Positions 1 to 46,867 of a stretch of 64,000 nt of DNA are shown one piece after another. The stretch is from Octopus bimaculoides (Eukaryota): positions 2,746,404 through 2,810,403 of the forward strand of contig NC_068981.1 in the NCBI RefSeq assembly GCF_001194135.2, given 5' to 3'. The position numbers were made by a program, and so were the translations under genes. Numbering within the stretch: position 1 is the stretch's first letter; the number at the start of each line of letters is the position of its first letter. The notes beneath the pieces are model-generated. The model made no database searches, had not been told where the DNA came from, and saw only the letters and a program-made list of their open reading frames with translations.

Positions 1-54
<54 letters not shown>
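1..54. repeat. (AGAC)n microsatellite
   Basis: Read directly from sequence. Confidence 0.9.
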
Positions 55-55
<1 letters not shown>

Positions 56-2957
56 CACATTCTCATTTTTATATATATATAGATATACTACGGGCTTCTT
101 TCAGTTTCCGTCTACCAAATTCACTCACAAGGCTTGGGTCGGCCTGAGGCTATAGTAGAAGACACTTGCCCAAGGTGTCACGCAGTGGGACTGAACCCAG
201 AACCATGTGGTTGGTAAGCAAGCTACTTACCACACAGCCACTCCTTGTATATTTAAAATAAATAAAACAAGTAGGTGGTTGAAAGTAAAAATAACTGCAA
301 ATTTACATGAAGAATAAATGTTATAGAATTTTTATTACAGATCTTGTTTAGTACATATTATTTTTGAAACTTTTGCTCCTTATCTATACATGTTAACTTT
401 CAGATAGTGATAATAATGACTTCATTGTATACAGTGCTCAGGTGCACTACAACACTGAGGTGCATCTCAATATTTTAATTACCTTTGCTTATCTACTTCC
501 ATTACAATGTAACGTTCACAAAAGGCAACATTTGTCTTCACTGTTATTCTGTGCAATATAATTGCAATTTCCCATTTCAATTAAACCTGTCTGTATTATT
601 TCCAAATGACTGCTGCTTGAATCTAAATACGTTACTTCCTTGTGAATGTGGTCTTAGAATCTCTCTCACTGGGATATAACTCAATATTTCCTGTATTTAA
701 ACACATTTTCATCTCACATTATTGTATAATGTGAAAAATCTTTCCTTCTCTTTAGTTTCTAAGATATCTATCAATTCTTTATTCAGTTTTATTAATATTT
801 TAAGAAATCTGTAATATTTGTAAAATAAATGAAACTATGAAATGCAGGTGGTTTAACAATATATAAATTTTGCTCTCACATGTATGTATACATGTGTACA
901 TAAATATACATCTTGTCTATGCCCAGGTCATCTCTGAGCAGACCTATCCATAATCAAACATTCCAGCCTTGACAATCCTGCCTTTTTAGAGATATGGGAT
1001 TATGTCAGATGTGTTTTTCTTTTTTTAAGACAGTGGATGTATGATTTGAGGAATATTTGGCTACTATTTTTAGCAGGTCAAGTAACTATGTTGAAACGTC
1101 TTCACATAGTTTGTTGTTAGCCACAGATTGAGTAGACCTATGACCAAAGCCATTCCAGCCTATCAAGAATTACATTATTCAATGTGTCCTTCCTGATTTT
1201 TTAAGGCAATGAGATTTGGCTACTATTTCTAGCAGGTGAAGTGACCATGTAGTGGTTTCCTTGTTGGTTCAGACACATACAGGTTCTAGCAGATGGTGTG
1301 TTATGTATCATTGACCTACTTTCACAGCCCTCTATTCCTGAACATACTCCAAATAAAACACCTGGTACTTGATTTTCCTGTGACTTCATGTAGGTATGAC
1401 ACTGTTGCTAGTTTCTCTGACCTGTTGTCACTGTGCTCAGGTTTACTGTTTGTTTTCTTTCCAATGACACATATATCACATAGATTTTTCCATACCACAG
1501 GTTGCCAGCTTGCAATAAACTACTTGTAAAATCTTATTATTCATTGACCTACAGAATAGGGGCAGCTCTCTAAAAAATAGTTTTGTCTTTTTGATGACAA
1601 AAATGTCTCTTTCTTTATTTAATTACCTATTTATGTTGCTGTCATTAATACCACCACCACTATCAGAATTCTTATTATTTAGAAACAATTATTATTATTA
1701 TTATTATTAAGGTGATGAGCTGGCAGAATCGTTAGCAACCGGGCAAGATGCTTAGCGGCATTTCGTCCATCTTTACATTCTGAGTTTGAATTCTGCTGAG
1801 GTTGAGTTGGCCTTTCATCCTTTCCAGGTGAGGTTAATAAATTAAGTACCAGTTGTGTACTGAGGTTGATGTAATTGACTAGTCCCCTCCCTCCAAATTT
1901 GAGGCCTTGTGCCTCCAGTAGAAAGGATTGTTATTATCATGCTTGAAACCTTATCCTCCTGAGTTCAAGTCCTACCAAGGCCTACTCTGCCTTTCATTTG
2001 CCAGGGTCGGTAAAATAAAGTACCAGTCAAGTACTGCAGAGGAAAGGCTAATGATATTAAGTCCTTCCCACAGAACTGTTGGCTTTGTGTCTAAATTAGG
2101 ATCAATTATTTATTATTATTAGAAACTAGTCTAAGGCAGCGAGCCAGCAGAATCATGAGCGCACTGGGCTAAATGGTTACTGGCATTTCACCTGTCTTTA
2201 TGTTCTAAGTTCAAATGCCGCTGGAGTCGACTTTGCCTTTCATCCTTTTGGGGTCGATAAAATTAGTACCAGTTGAAGTTCTCTCCCAAATTTCAGGCCT
2301 TGTGCTTGTAGTAGAAAGGATTATTAGAGTCTCGTCTTCTTCTTAAGCTGGCAGAACTTTTTGCATGTTGGACAAAATATGTTGCAGCATTTCTTTGGAC
2401 TTCTTTATGTTGAGGGTTTAAATGCCACCCAGGTCAACTTTGCCTTTCACCCTTGGGGTGGGAGAGGGCAGTAATAAAATAAGTAGCAGTCAAGGGACAA
2501 TCTCAATGAAGAATCTAATTGACTAATGTTTGAAATCTGTGAGCTTGTATCTATTTTAAAAGAGAATTAATTATGGGATAATTTGTTTTAATGAAGAGAT
2601 ATAATCAAGTGATTTGACTCAATATATCACAGGTAATTATTTTCTCGTCTAAAGATGTTAATGTTTGTATAGCATCTACAATTAAATCGTTTTCAATGCA
2701 TTGACTGAAGGGTTAAATTGATGACTGTTCACCCAAACTGTGTGAGTTTAAAAACTGTAGATATAAATCCTTTGTCCTTTAGACAAGGCATGTTATTCTT
2801 CCAGCTTCGGTGAGCTTCACTGAAAAAAAATTTTTTTCAAACATTCACACTTCACAGTTCAAAGGATATAAAAAAAACCCACCTGCCTCAATAATTGTAG
2901 AACCATTCATACTGTGTGATATAATAGAAAAATATATTTAAAATTTGTGGTCTCATA

Positions 2958-3326
2958 GGTGCAGGAGTGGCTGGGTGGTAAGTAGCTTGCTTATCAACCA
3001 CATGGTTCTGGGTTCAGTCCCACTGCATGGCACCTTCAGCAAGTAGCTTTTACTATAGCCTCCAGCTGACCAAAGCCTTGTGAGTGTATTTGGTAGACGG
3101 AAACTGAAAGAAGCCTGTCGTATATATATGTGTATGTGTGTGTGTGCGTGTGTGTGTCTGTGTTTGTCCCCCAACATTGCTTGACAACCGATGTTGGTGT
3201 GTTTATGTCCCTGAAACTTAGCAGTTCGACAAAAGAGACCGATAGAATAAGTCCTGGGGTCAGTTTGCTCAACTAAAGGCAGTGCCCCAGCATGGCTGCA
3301 GTCAGATGCCTGAAACAAGTAAAAGA
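2958..3326 (+). mobile_element. tRNA-derived SINE, family A
   Basis: Head gtggct..gtggtaag / ggttcagtccc (A/B-box-like), internal (TA)/(TG) tract, tail ending ccagcatggc..cagtc..tgactgaaacaagtaaaaga; many copies in this window. Confidence 0.85.
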
Positions 3327-3420
3327 ACCATAGCTATCTTCCAGATGACCCAAGACAAGTTCGTGTTGTTCAGTCTTCCTAATCACAGATTGGTTTTTCA
3401 AACCGTTTGAAGTAATTATA

Positions 3421-3569
3421 GGCACAGGTGTGGCTGTATGGTAAGAAGCTTGCTTCCCAATCACATGGTTCCGGGTTCTGTCCCATTGCATGGCACCTTG
3501 GGAAAGTGTCTTCTACTATACCAACCAAAGCCTTATGAGCTGATTTGGTAGACGGAAACTGGAAGAAGC

Positions 3570-3608
<39 letters not shown>

Positions 3609-4425
3609 ACAATTAAAAGGGTAAAGGATTATCAATTTATTAATTTATTAATAAATTAATAATTAATAATTTTTACCAAGCCCTTTGGTATGTAAGCAAC
3701 CGATAATGGTGCTTACATACCGAAGGGCTTGGTAAAAATTATTAATTATTAATAAATTAATAAATTGATAATCCTTTACTCTTTTAATTGTAATAATTAT
3801 NNNNNNNNNNNNNNNNNNNNNNNNNNNNNNNNNNNNNNNNNNNNNNNNNNNNNNNNNNNNNNNNNNNNNNNNNNNNNNNNNNNNNNNNNNNNNNNNNNNN
3901 NNNNNNNNNNNNNNNNNNNNNNNNNNNNNNNNNNNNNNNNNNNNNNNNNNNNNNNNNNNNNNNNNNNNNNNNNNNNNNNNNNNNNNNNNNNNNNNNNNNN
4001 NNNNNNNNNNNNNNNNNNNNNNNNNNNNNNNNNNNNNNNNNNNNNNNNNNNNNNNNNNNNNNNNNNNNNNNNNNNNNNNNNNNNNNNNNNNNNNNNNNNN
4101 NNNNNNNNNNNNNNNNNNNNNNNNNNNNNNNNNNNNNNNNNNNNNNNNNNNNNNNNNNNNNNNNNNNNNNNNNNNNNNNNNNNNNNNNNNNNNNNNNNNN
4201 NNNNNNNNNNNNNNNNNNNNNNNNNNNNNNNNNNNNNNNNNNNNNNNNNNNNNNNNNNNNNNNNNNNNNNNNNNNNNNNNNNNNNNNATATATATATATA
4301 TGTTTGTGTCTGTGTTTGTCCCCACCACCACAACCATTGCTTGACAACCGATGCTGGTGTGTTTATGTCCCTTGTAACTTAACGGTTCAGCAAAAGAGGC
4401 TGATAGAATAAGTACTAGACTTTCA
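3421..4425 (+). mobile_element. SINE family A copy interrupted by a hairpin and an N gap
   Basis: 5' half at 3421-3572; 3' half resumes after the gap at 4288. Confidence 0.75.
3603..3797. repeat. About 195-bp near-perfect palindrome
   Basis: Arms 3603-3698 and 3710-3797, 11-nt loop, two substitutions and one indel of about 8 nt. Confidence 0.9.
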
Positions 4426-4559
4426 AAAAAAGGATGAACTGAAATTATATTCTTTTATTCTTTTAATTGTTTCAGTTATTTCACTGGGGCCATGCTGGAG
4501 CACCGTGTTAAATACATTCAATAATGCGTCAGTTATGTTCTTGTTGCTGTCTATGCTTC

Positions 4560-4775
4560 CCCTATTTTTTTCTTTACTTGTTTCAGTGATTAAACTATGG
4601 CCATGCTGGGGCACTGCCTTAAAGAAATTTAGTGAAATGAAACAGCCACAGTACTTTTCTGTTTTCTTAAACCTGGTACTTATTCTCTTGGTCTCCTTTT
4701 ACTGAACCATTAAGTTACTGGAACATAAACACACCAACACCAGTTGTCAAGCAGGGGTGACAAACACAGACAGAA

Positions 4776-4825
<50 letters not shown>

Positions 4826-4970
4826 ACACACAATGGGTTTCTTTTAGTTTCTCTCTACCAAATTCACTCACAAAGTTTTAGTTGGCCTGAGGCTATAGGA
4901 GAAGATGCTTACCCAAATTGATATGTTGTGGGACTGAACCCAAAACCATGTGATTGGACCACATGGCTAC
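4560..4970 (-). mobile_element. SINE family A copy, diverged
   Basis: Reverse complement of family A. Other partial minus copies at about 88-244, 6650-6780, 7440-7600 and 57095-57400. Confidence 0.75.
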
Positions 4971-7618
4971 ATCAGTAAAATTTTTTTGTGATATTTAAAT
5001 TACTTTAATATTTATGATTGTTTTGTTTTTTACTTTTCTGTTTTAAAAACTAAGAATAAGTATGACTATTAATATCTAACTATAACATTGCACTAGAAAC
5101 GCTTACAATCAAACCCCTGTGCTGCCTGCACTGCAAAGCACTGAATCGGAACCGTTACACTTTTAGAAGAATGGTCATTTCCTGATGATTACAAGCAGAC
5201 GTACTGGATATAGTTTTCCTGGGTATAATATGATCTAAATTATTTTCAGATGTTTATGTCAACTGTATCAACACTTCCAAAAGCAAGGGATGTATTCTTA
5301 ATCATAAATACATCTTAAGATGACAGCTTTCTTTTCTGTGATATTATTATAAAGATAAATTTCTTTGCACTGCTTTGACTAACCAGTTAAGTCTGAAATA
5401 ATATCCTTGATATTTAATATCAAACCATAAAAGTCTACTTTAGTTTATCAGTTTTATTTCTTATAAACCTGTCATAAAATTTCAGTTACAACCAGCTTTT
5501 ATAGGCCACAAATGTACTGTGAGTGCCTCTTTTCAGCTTCCCTTTTTCTTTCTCACCTGTTTCCTGCTAAATAACATTTATCAAAAAGCATTGAACAGAC
5601 AGTAAGTTAAATACATAGAAATGTAGTGGAGGTTAATAAATACTGGATTCTGCTTATTCATCAGCCTTGTGATATTTTTTTTTTTTTACTCTATAATCAT
5701 CTCTGCCCAAAAGATACACAGAGAATGATGTACAAATTAACCTATATTGACATATTTACTCCTCCATCCATTCCGGTCAATAAAAGTTGATTAGACATAC
5801 TGCCCATGTGGGTTTTCCTGTTGCAGTTGCACCTCACTGTCCTATTTTCGTCTGACCTCTTTTATTGCTTTATGATGTATTTACACACACGCACGCACGC
5901 ACACACACACACACACACGCACACACACACACACACACAATTATCAACTTAATGTTAGCACTTGTTACAGACATGTCAATGATTTTAGTTGAAGAAAAAA
6001 AGTTTTAGTTTGCAAGTAAAAACAAGTGATTGTTTAATATTAATGTCAGAGAAGAAAACATCCTTAAACAAATATATAAATGAAATACATGGATGACTTG
6101 ATAATGGTAACAAATGGCCTTGTTTCATTTCAGTGTGTTTACAACCATTTCTATATTAATGAATACTATCAAAATATGAAATAGAACTAGAAGTTGTAAT
6201 ATCTACAACTTCTGGAGTAGAAATCTAGAAGTTGAGATATACATAATTTAATTTTAGTGCTAGGGTATGGTTGTGTGATTGATTTGTGGAGATCAAAGAC
6301 CTCTCTTATTGCTTTTATATATTACATTCATAGAAAATTGCATCCATTTCTCAGAGAAATGGTAATAATTTAAGCTTAAGAAAAACAGCTATATTTTAGT
6401 TTGCAACAAAAGATAAGTTGTTGTGGGTGGGGGATGGCCTTAATTATTCTTTCTAATTTTAGCATAGGTTCAGTAATTTTTAGGAGAGGGGATTAGTCAA
6501 ACAATCAAACCTAGAACTTAATTGGTATTTCCTTTTATCAACACCCAAGGAAGAAAGGCAAAGTTGGCCATGGTAGGATTCAAATTCAGAATATCTAAAT
6601 ATATAAGTCATTGTGTGTGTATATTCACATTGACACAACACACACAAACAATGGGTTTCCTTCACTTTACATCTAACAAATCCACCCAGGCTTTAGTTGG
6701 CTATAATAGTAGCCACTCACCCAAGTATGGTGGGACTGAACCTGAAATCATGTAGCTGAGAAGCAAACTTCTTGACTACACAACCAGGTGGTGTGTGTGT
6801 GTGTGTGTTCACGCATGCATGCGTGCACATGCACACACATAACATTCATTTTTCTATAATTACATGGGTTGGACAGTTTTACTGAGACAGATTTTCTACT
6901 GTCATTAATCTCTACCAGTTTCCAAGTAAAGTAATATTTTTCCAAGGCCAGACATGTTTTTGCAGAATATTGGAAATGAATGACATTCATTTACAATGAT
7001 CATGCAATGTTAAGACAGGGAGACAAGCATCCATCCACACACACAGACATGTATTATCCTCATCATTTATGATGATGAGGATGATTGTGTGTGTGTGTGC
7101 ATTCTTTAAAGCACCTTTCGAGGGTTGAGCCTTATAGAGGCAATGACAAATGGCCGAGAGCTTTGGCAATATGCTGTGCTAGAGAAGAAGACCCATCAAG
7201 CCAAGTGAAATCATAGTCATGGCAGATACTGTTGTCATGCGAATGGCACCCATGCCAGTGGCACATAAAACCACCTACTACACTCTGAGTGGTTGGTGTT
7301 AGGAAGGGCATCCAACCATAGAAACCATGCCAAATCAGACTAGAGTTTGTTACAGCTTTCCGGCTTGCCAGCCCTGGTCAAACCATCCAACCAATACTAG
7401 TATGGACAACGGACGTTAAATGATGATGATGATGGTAATGACAGGCTTCTTTCAGTTTCACTCTACCACATCTGTTCACAATACTTTGGTTGACCCAGTG
7501 CTATAGTGGAAATCACTTGTTTAAGGTGCCATGTTGTGGAACTGAAACCAAAACCATGTGGTTGTGAAGCAAACTTCTTAACCATGCAGCCCTGCCTCCC
7601 TGCATGTGTATGCATATA

Positions 7619-8479
7619 AGGGGTCTGATCAATAAGTATCTGGACTGTTGCTATAGTAACAATGCTGTGAAGCTGCTTGGTAAAAACTGACCTTGAATTC
7701 TGCTGTGCATGCCCACTAAGTTTTAACATTCTAGCTCACCTCTGCTGTTTACAGCAGTGCTTGGAAGGAAGGTGTATAGCATGTGATCGTTGCATTGACC
7801 ATAACAGAAAGTTGTCATGACAATACCTGCTCAGAGGCCTACACAAAGTTGTGTATGGAGAGGAGTGTATGAGCCGCACACAAGTTTACGAGTGGTCCAG
7901 ATGTTTCCAAGATGGCTGAAAAAATGTTGATATTGACGAATGTTCTGGGAGATCTGCAACCAGTAGAACTAAGAAAAACATCGCAGGTGTGCATGCAGCT
8001 GTGAGGGGAAATCGTCGAATCACCATCCGTGAGTTATCAGAGGATGTACAAATTAGCTACAGTTCAGTTCATTCCATTATCACTGGAGATTTGGGTATGA
8101 GACACGTGTCTGCCAAGTTTGTGCCAAAATTGCTTTCAGCTGACCAAAAAGACACTTGGGTTTCAGTTTCACAAGATCTCCGTCAAGAATGATGAAGCCA
8201 TTTTAAAACTTTGCATGGGCCTCTGTGCAGGTATCGCCAAGCTTTTGGCAAAATTTGATGCAGATTCTCTGCTCAACTCTCTCTGTCATGGTTAATGCTA
8301 CAATCACATGTTACACATCTTCCAAGCACTGCTGTAAACAACAGAAGTGAGCTAGAATGTTAAAACTTACATCACATGCACAGTAGAGTTCAAGGTATAC
8401 TAGTGCCAAGCAGCTTCACTCTGCATGCTTTAGCTTCGTTACTACAGCAACAGTCCAGATACTTATTGATCAGACCACG
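7619..8479 (+). mobile_element. Mariner-family DNA transposon, internally deleted and degenerate
   Basis: Terminal inverted repeats (ggtctgatcaataagtatctggactgttgct at both ends, imperfect match extends to about 70 bp), flanked by TA. Internal frameshifted transposase N-terminus: RRITIRELSEDVQISYSSVHSII..LGMRHVSAKFVPKLL (HTH plus WVPxEL-like motif). No DDD domain. Confidence 0.88.
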
Positions 8480-9645
8480 TATATAATTTACTTAAAGAGT
8501 TATCAAAAAAAGTGGTCAGAGACAAGAGCCATTGAGGAAGTTGTAGTTTTCTAGGACTATCCAGTTCATTTCTAGAAGCAAACAATCTCCATTGAGATTT
8601 AATTCTATTTCATCTTTTAAGATGATCTGTAAGATGAAACTTTCATTGTATGACACACGTCCAGATTTCTCGCTGCTGTATTTTGCTAAGAGATTATCAA
8701 TAAACTTCAACAAGTCATTTTTTTTTTCCTTTTAGCAAGTACAAGAAATAAATCTGTTCTAATCTAAATGAAGCTATGTAGTCAGTGAAATAAAAACCAA
8801 TGTCTGTTGTTCTTTCTCATAATCTTCCTATAGATTAAATAACTAAACAAAAATATAAAAGTTGTCATACTCAGGCTTGAACAACTGGCTGTATGGTGGA
8901 GTGGAGGGGGATGGGTTTATTATTCAACCCAACTGAAATCTGATCAAAAGGAAATATTAAATAAGCATGGGATGAACATTGCTTTGTCATTTGTCCTTTC
9001 GTACATGATTCCTGAAACTTTGCCAGATCAGATTGGAGCCTGGTGCAGCCTTCTGACTCGCCAGTCCTCAGTCAAACTGTCCAACCCATGCCAGTATGGA
9101 AAGTAGATGTTAAACGATGACGATGATGATGATCTGTATTATTTATTTAGTTTGTACTGAAATATGAAATATATACATTTTTCGTTTCTACCTTATTGCT
9201 GTATATATTCTACCTTTTATTTTCATGTTTTTATACTGTATAAATTGAATCTATTTTCATGTTTTTTATATTGTATAAGTTGACTGAGTTTGTAATTTTA
9301 AACACTGGCATGAGTTTTGGGGCATATGCCAGCAGTGGTGAAAATCTGAACTAAATTATATTGCTAAAATACTTTTTCCACTTCAAAAATATAGTGGAGA
9401 TTCATGCTAGTTGATCAGTTGACTAACACTACAATATTATTAGAAATGCTGAAGAATGGTGGAATTATTCAGTTCTATATTTAAGAGATGAGGAATTATG
9501 TACATTATTTACCTTATTTACATTTGACGGATATTTGTCCTCATCTTGTTTGTTAACAACAAACAAGATTAGGACAAATATCGGTGGAATTATTATATTG
9601 AATTATTAAAATAATTAATCCAAATTCTTTTTATCAATTTTCTAG

Positions 9646-44375
<34,730 letters not shown>

Positions 44376-44743
44376 NNNNNNNNNNNNNNNNNNNNNNNNN
44401 NNNNNNNNNNNNNNNNNNNNNNNNNNNNNNNNNNNNNNNNNNNNNNNNNNNNNNNNNNNNNNNNNNNNNNNNNNNNNNNNNNNNNNNNNNNNNNNNNNNN
44501 NNNNNNNNNNNNNNNNNNNNNNNNNNNNNNNNNNNNNNNNNNNNNNNNNNNNNNNNNNNNNNNNNNNNNNNNNNNNNNNNNNNNNNNNNNNNNNNNNNNN
44601 NNNNNNNNNNNNNNNNNNNNNNNNNNNNNNNNNNNNNNNNNNNNNNNNNNNNNNNNNNNNNNNNNNNNNNNNNNNNNNNNNNNNNNNNNNNNNNNNNNNN
44701 NNNNNNNNNNNNNNNNNNNNNNNNNNNNNNNNNNNNNNNNNNN
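44376..44743. other. Assembly gap probably containing the TTC28 stop codon
   Basis: N run. Other gaps at 3801-4287, 36888-37730, 37926-37936, 50638-50670, 57515-58477 and 63010-63272. Confidence 0.9.
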
Positions 44744-44764
44744 GTATTTTTAAAATTTTGTATA

Positions 44765-44816
<52 letters not shown>

Positions 44817-46867
44817 GAATCTTGTATAATTTTCTTTTTCATATTTTGCGCGTATGTGTGTGTATTTATAAAAAAACAAAAGTTTTCAAATGAATCTTAT
44901 TCATTGAAAGAGTTCATCTCATAACCACCACTCATATTTTAACCATCATCCATTTGAGATAAATTGTCAGTAAAGATACAAATCGTTTTGATTTATTATT
45001 CATCATCTGTTGATTCACATTGTTTCTTGGAACAGGTTTTATGATCTGATCAGAATATTTCCTATTATTCTGTCTTCTAAACTCCAAACCAAATGAAAAT
45101 TTGATGCTACAGAATCTGGTATATTTTCTCAGGTAAATCATTATTTAAAACGACCCTATAGCATTTATCATTCACATGTTAGTTTTCCTTTGCCTAATAT
45201 TTCCTTTTGTTTTTGTTTTTTGTGGTGGGTGAAGTAATTATTTATTAATTTAAATGACAAAGGCAAAAATTTAAACCCAGCTAAAACAATTCTATTGTTC
45301 ACTCTGAATGTCCGTCCTACTAACACCAACCACTTTGCAGTCATTAAAAACCCAAAACAGTTGGAGCCTGATGCAGTCCTCTGGTTTACCAGTTCCTGTC
45401 GAACCATTCAACCCACGCCAGCATGGAAAACAGACGTTAATTAATGATGATGATCGTAAGTAATTATGACAAAGATTTTTTACTCCCACCTTTCATCATG
45501 TTTTCACTGTAAAACATAACAAAGGCTAGATTTGAACCTTCCTTCTGTGTTCTACAGTGTAAAAGTAAAAGTTATGTATACTTTCTCCTGTCCCTTTTAT
45601 CCCTAAGATGCATGTTTCAATTAATAAGGGAAAACTATGTCGTCCTAAATAAGGAATAAAATGTATGTCTCAATGTGTCTAATTATTAGGGTTCCCACCA
45701 GCTTCTATCATCAAGATGGGTAAATTGGGACAATTGGTTTTCAGCCTCCTTAATTTCATCTTTGTCTTCAGATGATCCATTTGACTAGATTCACTTTTGA
45801 CCTTTGCATATTTAGCCAAGAGTGCAGAATATGTTTATAATTGTGGCATTTGACCATTGGGGAATTAACAGAAACGATATTGGTCAACTAAGTTAATCTT
45901 GAAACTCTTTGTAAGGATAAATATGTGAATTTGCTTTATCCTGCACAGAGCAGCATTAAACTGTTAATACGAACATTTCCTATTTTCTGAGAAGCTACAG
46001 GAGACGTGTGCAAGTTTTATTATGATCCCTTTAGTGAGGCAAAGCCTCTCTATATTTGCTAAAATACTGACAAAGGAGTTGCTAAGTAAAAAAAAAAATA
46101 TCTACAACCTTTATTTTCACTGAAAAATAGATTTGTTTGGAGATGTATAATCTTCCGCAATTTTGTCTTGCAAGTTACTCGATGTGTCTGTTGGTGCTGG
46201 TGCCATGTGAAAAGCTCCCAGTGCACTCTGTAAAGTAGCTGGCATTAAGAAGGGCATCTAGCTATAGAAACCATGTCAAACAGACACTGGAGCCACTGAT
46301 GTAACCCCCTGCACTTACCAGCTCCTGTCAAACCATCCCACCTATGCCAGCGTGGAAGACAGATGTTAAATGATGACAATTGGCCATTCCGTCATCACTG
46401 CTTCACTGAAGACATCAGAAGAAAGACCAAAACATGTCCAGATATCTTTTGTATTTTCTCAGAAAATATGAAACTGTAGAAATCATTCAGTAATAAGATA
46501 TCCCCACCCCACTGCTTCACCACATTTAATTTTAGTTATTTTTCTAATATCCTCTACAGCTTTTTAATAGTAGCTCACCTTCTTGTTTTTCATGGCAGAT
46601 GGCGTCTCTGAATTATTAACTGCCTTCCAGATCCTCATAGAAGCACATAGCTTAGTGGTTAGGGTGTTGGATTCATGATCCATAAGATTGCGGTATCGCT
46701 TCTTGGACCGGGTGATGCATTGTGTTCTTGAGCAAAACACTTCATTTCACATTACTCCAGTCCACTGAGCTGGTAAAAGGTGAGTGATCTTGCAATGGAC
46801 CTAGCATCTCATCCCAGTGGGGGAATATATCCACCACAGAAACTAGGAAACCAGCCCTTATGAATCT

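Noticed and set aside
1709-2325. Idea that family B SINEs are mobilised by the (TAA)n-targeting R4/Dong element
   Set aside because: Family B carries (ATT)n on its sense strand while the RLE element carries (AAT)n on its sense strand, and I see no shared 3' end.
3663-4382. Long ORFs across N runs (also 36767-37795, 57471-58522, 62559-63682)
   Set aside because: They are artefacts of translating Ns and microsatellites.
8516-8713. Protein-like 65-aa minus-strand ORF
   Set aside because: No splice signals or recognisable family; this length is expected by chance.
1-9645. Upstream TTC28 exons (expected ...YSNRSAA...KWPK)
   Set aside because: I found no matching peptide after any candidate acceptor, so they probably lie upstream of the window.
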